Assembly: GCA_041697335.1 (NCBI GenBank)
Contig: JBGUGD010000029.1
Span: 1 to 19,452, forward strand
DNA: 19,452 nucleotides
Reading direction: 5' to 3'
From: Vampirovibrionaceae bacterium NZW_1234
GTDB lineage: Bacteria > Cyanobacteriota > Vampirovibrionia > Vampirovibrionales > JAGQHJ01
In this document: piece after piece, positions 1 through 7,306 of the stretch
Layout: every line of letters begins with the position of its first letter
Numbering within the stretch: position 1 is the first letter of the stretch
Made by a program: the position numbers and the translations under genes
Notes under the pieces: generated by a model
Database searches by the model: none
Told to the model about the DNA's origin: nothing
Seen by the model: the letters and a program-made list of their open reading frames with translations, nothing else

Positions 1-567
1 TGGATCAATAAAAATCGGACTGTGTGCTTGTGGCGTTGGCATCGTCATCACAGGCATGAACTGTGGAACCTGAACCACTGGAAGCACGGGAGCTTGATTT
101 TGGACAAGCACATTACCACCAGACGGCACATTGAGGCCAAGGCCGATATTATCCACGATAGGATCCGAATTGATCCATGGAGACGTTGGGTTGGACACGG
201 TATTCCCGAGTGACACAACCCCTCGGTCTTGTGTCTTTGATAAAAATACAAAAGGAACCAAGAAACTCAGATTCAGATTGGGCATCCGATTAAACATCGA
301 ATTCGACTCAACAAACTGATCGGTGTTGTTGTTCGACCATAGAGACATGCTGTTAGCCCAACGAGGTGTCGTATTCGTAGGCCCACCCCAATTGTACTGA
401 TAAGGCTGAGCAGCAAATGCCCCGCTATTAAAATTCCGTGTCGAGATTTGAGGAGTATATCCACCCGTGTTCTGGTAGCTAAAAGGCTGAGCATAAGTGT
501 TACCACCAAACCAGGAACCCCGGTTCTGCGTATTGCCATAATTTCGGTTAGAATACCCGAATAACAT
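1..567 (-). CDS. Hypothetical protein with low-complexity N/G/Q/S/Y-rich then P/V-rich N-terminal region (partial, runs off the window start)
   Basis: Manual translation from ATG at 567: MLFGYSNRNYGNTQNRGSWFGGNTYAQPFSYQNTGGYTPQ...PVVQVPQFMPVMTMPTPQAHSPIFIDP, 189 codons with no stop. In-frame TGA at 580-582 bounds the start. Absent from the ORF track because its stop lies outside the window. Confidence 0.8.
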   Translation of the reverse strand, partial: MLFGYSNRNYGNTQNRGSWFGGNTYAQPFSYQNTGGYTPQISTRNFNSGAFAAQPYQYNWGGPTNTTPRWANSMSLWSNNNTDQFVESNSMFNRMPNLNLSFLVPFVFLSKTQDRGVVSLGNTVSNPTSPWINSDPIVDNIGLGLNVPSGGNVLVQNQAPVLPVVQVPQFMPVMTMPTPQAHSPIFIDP

Positions 568-1145
568 GACGGTACACACTCACACTTGCTATCACACATG
601 TATATAAAAAATAGATAAAAACAAAAATTGCCTCGAATCCGGAACCTATTTCAGAAACTCTCTCAATTCAATGGTTTTAGCCAGATTTACCCTTGTTATA
701 TTTCGAAACAATATATATATTTTACAAATCCAATCCACAGAGGCATCGTTTCTGACCCAGTAAACCACCTCAATGGGATTCCAATGCGCAATAGATACCA
801 AAACACCAATGATTGACAGGACGGCAACAGCGGCCTGTTTCTCAATCTAACCTGCGCACGGGGCGCTCCGCCAGGTACAAATACCTGGGTGTGAGTACGG
901 ATACTCTTGAGCTATCGAAGCATAAAAGCGCCATACTGACCATATCGCTCATGAGTACAAGCTAATACCCTTTCGACCTCTCGCAATGATATTACCTAGA
1001 AAAGCTTTTAGACCCTAAAAGGTTTAAAAATTAATCGCCACGGGAATAATACTATTTTAAATACGTTTATAGTACGCCCTAGGAGACCTACTTTGACATC
1101 TGCCCTACTGAAACGCATATCAAGCCCTTTGGAGACTTGAGCCAG

Positions 1146-1322
1146 ATCGACAAAACGCGACGAATCGCGTCGATCGCCTGGGCATACAAAAAATACGATT
1201 ACTAAAAAAACTCTCTATGAAAGGGTTTTAGCGCTTAAATACTTTTCAAACCATCGACAAAACGACGCGAAACCGACGTTAACATAAGGAATATCGTCGC
1301 GTTTTGGTCGCTCTTTTGTCGA
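1146..1322. repeat. Cluster of direct and inverted repeats downstream of scpB
   Basis: ATCGACAAAACG at 1146-1157 and 1253-1264; TCGTCGCGTTTT (1294-1305) is the reverse complement of AAAACGCGACGA (1152-1163); TTTTGTCGA (1314-1322) is the reverse complement of TCGACAAAA (1254-1262). Confidence 0.7.
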
Positions 1323-1360
1323 ACCCCGATAACGTCATCAGAGGCGTGGCCAACTTCGCT

Positions 1361-1957
1361 TTAGCGCAGGTCAGTCGTCGATGAGAGCGAAGCATCCAGG
1401 AGGACCGCATCATGCTCAAGTGCTTCTGGTCCCTCCACATCACCCATATCCGCTTCTTCGTCTTTCTCGGATTCGGCCAATTGCAGCGCGAGCTGCTTCA
1501 GCTCGTTTTTATCCCCGGTTAACTTGAAATACTCGTGAAATTTCGGGGTGACGTTCAGCATATAGCTTCGCTCTTTACGACGTTTGGAAATTAGCTGATA
1601 CTTCAGAAGTTCTTTGATGTGATCGTAGGCCGCACTGCCTCGGATCTCAATCAATCCGGATTGCAGAATGGGCCCGTGAATGGCAATTGCGGACAAAGTT
1701 CTCAGGGCCGCAATGGACAATTCTACAGGAATCATTTGGTTTACCACCGAGCTGTATTGGTCTTTCACCTGAAGAATATAGCCATCGGCATCATCGATTT
1801 CCAAGGCAGACTCCTCTCGAAACGAGTAGTCATGCATCAATTCCAGAAGGGCTTCTTCAACCTCCTCCACAGGTTCAGCAAGCTTTTCAGCAATTTCGGC
1901 AATGGTTAGCGCCTTGCCGGTCAGGAATAAAATCGCTTCAATTCGACCTTTTAACAC
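1361..1957 (-). CDS. scpB: SMC-Scp complex subunit ScpB (kite protein)
   Basis: 198 aa. IEAILF N-terminus, ELSIAALRTLSAIA, IRGSAAYDHIKEL and VTPKFHEYF motifs typical of ScpB; acidic tail. GTG start with AGAGGA RBS; directly after scpA. Confidence 0.96.
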   Translation of the reverse strand: MLKGRIEAILFLTGKALTIAEIAEKLAEPVEEVEEALLELMHDYSFREESALEIDDADGYILQVKDQYSSVVNQMIPVELSIAALRTLSAIAIHGPILQSGLIEIRGSAAYDHIKELLKYQLISKRRKERSYMLNVTPKFHEYFKLTGDKNELKQLALQLAESEKDEEADMGDVEGPEALEHDAVLLDASLSSTTDLR

Positions 1958-1999
1958 GATGCGTCCTCTTTCCTACCTGCCTTGCCACTACAGTTTCAG

Positions 2000-2830
2000 T
2001 TACCCCGCCAAATCCATGGGCTCGTCTTCTGAGGAAATCAAGGCCACAGGGTCCGACAGCTCGGGAGCGATGTACAACTCCGTGTAAAAACCATCTTGTT
2101 GAAGGTCGACTTCGCCTCGGGCGGCCAGAAACAGGACAGCAATAAAAGCCGAAACCCGATCAATTTTCCCCTCAGTTTCCAATTGGCTGAGACTAATCGT
2201 CTCGCCATGGAGAAAGAAGCGCTCCAGGATGTCTTTCATTCGCAGAATGGTATCTTCAATAAATTCTTCGTGAGCCAGTTCAACAATCTCTTCGGAAGAC
2301 AAGTCTGCATAACTTCGCATCCGCCGCCGCTCGGCTTTTTCCACCGTTTCTTTCAGACGACGCTTACGCTCAAGGGCTTCATATTTTTTCAGTTCCTGAA
2401 TCAAGTCATTCAAGGTCACTTTACGATTGCGAGGCTGTTTTACACTTGTACGACGACGAATTAATTGATCCAGGCTGTTAAAGGCTCGGGCAATCTGGGT
2501 CATCGGCGAAGGGGTCGGGTTAATATCCATTTCCAAAAAGTCGGCATCTTCAAAGTCAGACATATCTTCGGAAGACATTTCCAGGAAATTAATGCCGGCC
2601 AGGCTATCCGACTTCATCCGAAGCAAAATAGCGGCAAACAACAAGGTTTTCCCCGTCAGCTTGAGATCCTGGGATTTTAATTCCCCCAAAATCTGAAGAT
2701 ACTGATCTGTGACTTCGACAATATCAATATTCCACGGGTCAATCTTGCCGGTTTTGGCCAGGGTCACCAAAATCTCAATCCCATCAATGGGTGTCGTATT
2801 CAACGATTGTTGTTCTTCAGGCGCCGTCAC
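2000..2830 (-). CDS. scpA: Segregation and condensation protein A (kleisin)
   Basis: 276 aa. IDPWNIDIVEVTDQYL, LLFAAILLRMKS, RKVTLNDLIQEL and FIAVLFLA...VDLQQDGFY motifs. GTG start overlaps the smc 3' end by 14 bp. Confidence 0.95.
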   Translation of the reverse strand: MTAPEEQQSLNTTPIDGIEILVTLAKTGKIDPWNIDIVEVTDQYLQILGELKSQDLKLTGKTLLFAAILLRMKSDSLAGINFLEMSSEDMSDFEDADFLEMDINPTPSPMTQIARAFNSLDQLIRRRTSVKQPRNRKVTLNDLIQELKKYEALERKRRLKETVEKAERRRMRSYADLSSEEIVELAHEEFIEDTILRMKDILERFFLHGETISLSQLETEGKIDRVSAFIAVLFLAARGEVDLQQDGFYTELYIAPELSDPVALISSEDEPMDLAG

Positions 2831-5800
2831 GTAAGAGGACTCCGGTTACTTTAGAGATACCATCTCTTTTCTGAGTCACCCCGACCGTACGATCCGAATG
2901 CTGAAGCATCGGTTTACGCAGGGAGACCACAATAAACTGGGCAGAAGCGGATTGGCGCTGAACCATATGAGCCAACTTCTCGGCGTTAATCCCATCGAGA
3001 AACATATCCACCTCGTCAAAGGCATAGAACGGGGCCGGCATATAGCGCTGAAAGGAGAATACAAAAGCCAGGGCCGTCAGAGACTTTTCGCCTCCACTCA
3101 TCGACTCCAGACGCTGCATCTTCTTGCCCCGCGGCTTGGCTTCAATCGTCAGACCGCCGCTAAAAGGATCGGCAGGATTGGTTAAAATCAGCTGGCCTTC
3201 GCCATCGGACAGTTCGGCAAAAATCTCTTTGAAGTTATTATTAACGTTCTCAAAAGCCGTCATAAACGTATGGAGCTTCAACTCCGTATAGCCACTGATT
3301 TTGATGTTCAGATCCTCTTTCTCCCTGCTCAGGGTACTGACCTTGTCGGTCAGTTCCTGCTGACGAGCCATCACCTCATCGTAGTCTTGTAAGGCCTTCA
3401 TATTCACCGGCCCCATGGCGTCCATCTGACGAATCAGGCGCTGAATATTCTTCTGAATATCATCCGCAGAGGGCAATTCCTGAGTAGCTGCGTCAGCAGG
3501 ATCCACCCCAGCCTCGATGAGTTCTTGCTTAACCGCTTCTACCTCGGGCTGTAGTTCTCGTTTCCGCGCTTGATACGCTGCTATCTGCTCATCAATCAGG
3601 CTCAGTTCCCGAGTCAAGTTATACTTTTGCTGCTCCTCTTGCACCAGCTTGGCTTGAATCTTATCTCGCTCAGTCTGGAGCCGCTGCAATTCTTCATCCA
3701 GTTCGCCGGTTTGGGCCTCCAATGCATCAATCTGCTTTTCAATGAGCTGGATCTCTTCCAAAAACTGAGCCGCCTCCTGATCGATGGCCAGGTTATTCAC
3801 CTTCAGTTGCTCAACTTGTTCGACATAGCTGGAAATGCTCTTCTCTTGAAAGGCCTTTTCCAATTGTTTGGACTGAATTTCCCCTTGAGCATTTCGGATC
3901 TGGGACTCCAGAGAGCGAATCTGGAATTCTACGGTATCCATTTCGCTCTTAATTTTCTCCAATTCCTGAGTGGGCAGACGAGACTCAATTTCCTCCAGGG
4001 CTGAGCGCAGTTGAACAAGAGAGGTTTCCAAGGCCTGAGTCTCTTGTTCAGCTTGTTGTATCTGGGTAGTGAGATCGGCAATCCGGGTTGCCAAAGCCTC
4101 GATTTCCTCAGATGAAGTCTGTGTCTTGCTGAGTTGGGCATATTCCCGGGTCAGGGTTTCCAACTCCAATTGCTTACGCTGTAACTCGGTTAGGAATTTG
4201 CTGTAATCTTCTTTCAACGAATCCAGCTTGATTTCAGCCGATGTGAGCTTTTTCTCGAGACGCTCTCTGGCTTCGTCTTTTTCTTCCAGTTGCTCTCGCA
4301 ATTCCCGCAACAGCTGATCCGACTTGTTGGACGACAGCTTTCCAGCACCTTGGTTCGATACGGAACCACCGGTCATAGCCCCGGTCTTTTCCAGGAGCGA
4401 ACCATCCAATGTCACCATCCGGTACTTGCGTAGGTACTTCCGTGCCACGTTCATATCTTCCACAATCAGGGTATCGCCCAAGGCATAGGCAAAAACGCCT
4501 CGGTACTGTGGGTCAAAGTCAATCAAATTAATGGCATAATCGATAATACCGTCATCACTGGGGAGCAATCCTAGTCGAGTATTGTCGTTCATCTTGGTCA
4601 TTGGCAAAAATGTGGCTCTGCCAGCCTTGGTGCGCTGCAAGAGTTCAATGCCTTCTTGAGCAACACGTTCATCGTCCACGACGATACTCTTCAAGCGAGC
4701 CCCCATTGCAATTTCCAGGGCCAGTGAAAACTCATCCTCGGTAGCACTGCCCAGTTGGGACAAGGTTCCATGAACGCCGGAGAGATCCGCATTCAAAACC
4801 GTGTCAATACTTCGCCCAAAATTCGCCTCTTCAAAAGCCCGCTTTTGTGCTTCCAGCTGGGTATACTCACGGTGCAGTTTATTCAGATCCGCTGTGGCCC
4901 CATTTAAGGCCACCTTCAGTTTGGCAACGTCCAACTGCTGATTCTTAATTTGGGTTTCAAAGGCTTCTTTTTCAAGGGAAGCATCAGCCAGGAACTTTTC
5001 CAGGGGAGCCTTAAGCGCCTCAATTTCAGCAACACGCTGATTTGAGGATGATCCTCGTTCAAGCAAGTAGGCTTGCTCACGCTCCGCTCTCTCCAGCTCG
5101 GCCACGTGATCCAATTTACGCCGATTCAGGGCAGACAAAGCATCTTCAGTTTGCGTGAGTTGATGGCGAGCCTGGCTGCGTTGTTCCCCCAACTCACCGG
5201 TAGAGTCAGCCAAGTCGGCTAAACGCTTTTTCAGGGCTTCCAGCTGAGCTAATTCTTTATCCAGACGTGCCTGAATTTCATCTTTCTGTTGAGCAAAGCC
5301 TTCAATCGCAACATTAAGGTCTTCAATTTTCTCTTCAACCCGTTTGGTTTCCTCATGGGAGCGAGCAATGGCCTTCAAATTCTCTTGTTTCTTTTCAGCA
5401 CCATACTTCAGGCTGTCTTTTTTCCGAGAAATGGCACCCTTTAAGCCTTCAATCTGCTTTTTCAAGGCAATCTGCTGGTCTTCGCCCTTGCGCTTTACTT
5501 CGTTCGTAATTTGAGTCAAGGCGTCCCGGGTTTGATTCAGGACGATATCCAATTCACTAAGCTGGGTTTGCGTCAGGCCTTTTTGCTTACGGGCTTGCAA
5601 AATATTCTGCTCAGCGGCCTGGATGGCTTTCTGCAAATCCAGAAATTTCGCCGTCAGCAGCTTATTTTCAAACTGCTGCTTTTCGTCCTTCAACTTCTGA
5701 TACTTCAGTGCCTGCTCACGCTCTTGAGACAACTGAGTCACCCGAGCTTCCAACTCGTTCAGCAGAATGGTAAAACGTTCAATACTCCCCGAGACCGACT

Positions 5801-6335
5801 CCAATTCTTTTTGAGCTTGGTCTATTTTTCGGTCAAATTCAGCCACCCCGGCAATTTCGTCAATAATTTTCCGGCGTTCCATGGCGGTCATATTGATAAT
5901 CCCGGTAACATCCCCCTGCATCAGAACGTTATAGGCCCCAGGCGAAATATTATGCTGGGACAACCGGTCATGAATTTCTGTAAGCGTGGCCACTTTGCCA
6001 TTCAGATAATAGACACTGCCATAACCACTGGCCCCACTGTCTTTAATTTTACGCGTTATCAGGATTTTCTCTTCTTCAGGGTTCTCATTATTTCCAAACA
6101 TAATGGTAACCGAAGCTTCCCGACGCTTAGACATATTGTTAATCAAGTCGGTCAGCTTTTCTGCCCGCATGGTGCGAGAAGACGACAGACCGAGACAGAA
6201 CAAAATACTGTCGATAATATTACTTTTCCCGGAACCATTAGGCCCAGAGACCGTGGTAAAGCCTTTCTCAAAGGGAATCACCGTTTTATTGGAAAACGAT
6301 TTGAAGTTATCAATTTCGATTTGCTGAATGTGCAT
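2817..6335 (-). CDS. smc: Chromosome segregation ATPase SMC
   Basis: 1172 aa. Walker A GPNGSGKS, Q-loop LMQGDV, two long coiled coils, hinge (GVHGTL...GRATFLP...GAMTGG), signature MSGGEKS, Walker B/D-loop FYAFDEVDMFLD. Confidence 0.99.
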   Translation of the reverse strand: MHIQQIEIDNFKSFSNKTVIPFEKGFTTVSGPNGSGKSNIIDSILFCLGLSSSRTMRAEKLTDLINNMSKRREASVTIMFGNNENPEEEKILITRKIKDSGASGYGSVYYLNGKVATLTEIHDRLSQHNISPGAYNVLMQGDVTGIINMTAMERRKIIDEIAGVAEFDRKIDQAQKELESVSGSIERFTILLNELEARVTQLSQEREQALKYQKLKDEKQQFENKLLTAKFLDLQKAIQAAEQNILQARKQKGLTQTQLSELDIVLNQTRDALTQITNEVKRKGEDQQIALKKQIEGLKGAISRKKDSLKYGAEKKQENLKAIARSHEETKRVEEKIEDLNVAIEGFAQQKDEIQARLDKELAQLEALKKRLADLADSTGELGEQRSQARHQLTQTEDALSALNRRKLDHVAELERAEREQAYLLERGSSSNQRVAEIEALKAPLEKFLADASLEKEAFETQIKNQQLDVAKLKVALNGATADLNKLHREYTQLEAQKRAFEEANFGRSIDTVLNADLSGVHGTLSQLGSATEDEFSLALEIAMGARLKSIVVDDERVAQEGIELLQRTKAGRATFLPMTKMNDNTRLGLLPSDDGIIDYAINLIDFDPQYRGVFAYALGDTLIVEDMNVARKYLRKYRMVTLDGSLLEKTGAMTGGSVSNQGAGKLSSNKSDQLLRELREQLEEKDEARERLEKKLTSAEIKLDSLKEDYSKFLTELQRKQLELETLTREYAQLSKTQTSSEEIEALATRIADLTTQIQQAEQETQALETSLVQLRSALEEIESRLPTQELEKIKSEMDTVEFQIRSLESQIRNAQGEIQSKQLEKAFQEKSISSYVEQVEQLKVNNLAIDQEAAQFLEEIQLIEKQIDALEAQTGELDEELQRLQTERDKIQAKLVQEEQQKYNLTRELSLIDEQIAAYQARKRELQPEVEAVKQELIEAGVDPADAATQELPSADDIQKNIQRLIRQMDAMGPVNMKALQDYDEVMARQQELTDKVSTLSREKEDLNIKISGYTELKLHTFMTAFENVNNNFKEIFAELSDGEGQLILTNPADPFSGGLTIEAKPRGKKMQRLESMSGGEKSLTALAFVFSFQRYMPAPFYAFDEVDMFLDGINAEKLAHMVQRQSASAQFIVVSLRKPMLQHSDRTVGVTQKRDGISKVTGVLLRDGA

Positions 6336-6357
6336 AACGGGAATCCAACTCTACTAT

Positions 6358-6427
6358 CGTTTTCTATCCGGCGTTTTCTATTTCACGCTCTCTACTTGAC
6401 GCTTTTGCTCTAACGCTTCCTTGCGCT
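6358..6427. repeat. Degenerate 14-bp tandem repeat (about 4.5 units) in the smc leader
   Basis: Units starting at 6358, 6372, 6386, 6400, 6414: CGTTTTCTATCCGG, CGTTTTCTATTTCA, CGCTCTCTACTTGA, CGCTTTTGCTCTAA, CGCTTCCTTGCGCT. Confidence 0.7.
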
Positions 6428-6493
6428 CCAAATCATCCGCCCAAAAACGCTGACCTTTCGACATTTTATCTCTCATGAGCCAGACTTAGAAAT

Positions 6494-6522
6494 ATTATAC
6501 CTTATGCCTCCCCGAAATACAA
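6494..6522 (-). promoter_or_regulatory. Putative sigma70 promoter of smc-scpA-scpB
   Basis: Minus strand TTGTAT (6522-6517), 17 bp spacer, TATAAT (6499-6494). Implies a leader of about 150 nt. Confidence 0.7.
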
Positions 6523-6775
6523 AATAGGAAATGCGGGACACCATGGCAACGATCCACCTCCCCCCGCATGCCCAGACCTCCCCCACGCGGATGTTCCCGA
6601 TCCAGGAGTGGTCTCGAACCCAGAGCTACCATATATGATGTGGGGCAACCAGGACAGAACGCCGCTTCATAAGCCTTCACATCAAAGATCATAAGACGTT
6701 CACATCCAACTCACGTCAACCCCATCAGCGCACCCAAGAATCTCCCTGGCCACCTCCACGACAGCTAAACGGCTA

Positions 6776-7042
6776 TCAGTTCTGGTGAGTTGGCTGAGAT
6801 CCTGCTTTTATCTTGCGCTCTTGAGTGACCAGGACCTCCGGCCCAAGGGACTCTACAATTGGTTGTTCCAGACTATCAACATTCATTTCCATATATCGGA
6901 CTTCATGTTCAATCGCCTCTTGGGCCGAATAATGCATGACCACATACACCACCGCCACTATCCCTACAACCAAAAGCCCCAGGCCCAATAAATTCTTTAG
7001 CATTTTCATCCCAATAACCCTTATCACTATGGCCTTAAACAC
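6776..7042 (-). CDS. Small single-pass membrane or exported hypothetical protein
   Basis: 88 aa. GTG start preceded by GAGGAGGG. Basic residues, then hydrophobic LLGLGLLVVGIVAVVYVVM, then a polar acidic tail. Confidence 0.75.
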   Translation of the reverse strand: MFKAIVIRVIGMKMLKNLLGLGLLVVGIVAVVYVVMHYSAQEAIEHEVRYMEMNVDSLEQPIVESLGPEVLVTQERKIKAGSQPTHQN

Positions 7043-7256
7043 CAGTCCCTCCTCTTCATGCCGATACGAAGAGAGGGGAAAGGACAGAAAAGTCGCCCAA
7101 CAAGCAAGCCTATCTGTTTGACATCAGTGTGCCAAAGAACTGTGCCTCCAACCATTCCCCACCTCGTGGTAGCCACCTGTGGAGTTGGGATCTCGCATCT
7201 AAGCCAAGGACAACCAAAGGTCCTCTGTCTGAAGCAGGGCAGCATCTTCAAATGCC

Positions 7257-7265
7257 TGATATACT
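7257..7265 (+). promoter_or_regulatory. Putative extended -10 promoter element
   Basis: TGaTATACT about 40 bp upstream of ATG 7307, which has AGAGGA at 7291-7296. Confidence 0.5.
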
Positions 7266-7306
7266 GTACTCATCGTGACAGATGTCTGTTAGAGGATTGG
7301 TGCGCG

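Noticed and set aside
273..599. 108-aa minus-strand ORF and the short ORFs at 22-319
   Set aside because: They overlap the longer uninterrupted frame 567 to 1, which has a coherent composition; probably shadow ORFs.
955..968. GTA-N8-TAC, NtcA-box-like
   Set aside because: Only six specified bases, so several chance hits are expected in 19 kb; no nitrogen gene adjacent.
1146..1322. Possible CRISPR array or parS site
   Set aside because: Repeats are short, irregular and in both orientations with no spacers or cas genes; no match to TGTTTCACGTGAAACA.
5511..6413. 300-aa plus-strand ORF and other ORFs antisense to smc/scpAB/tyrS/TPR
   Set aside because: Antisense shadows of well-supported genes with no recognisable motifs.
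6495..6692. 65-aa minus-strand ORF
   Set aside because: No clear RBS or recognisable motif, and it runs through the predicted smc promoter.
7058..7306. N-terminal extension of the methyltransferase ORF
   Set aside because: Non-protein-like composition; the extended -10 and RBS point to ATG 7307.
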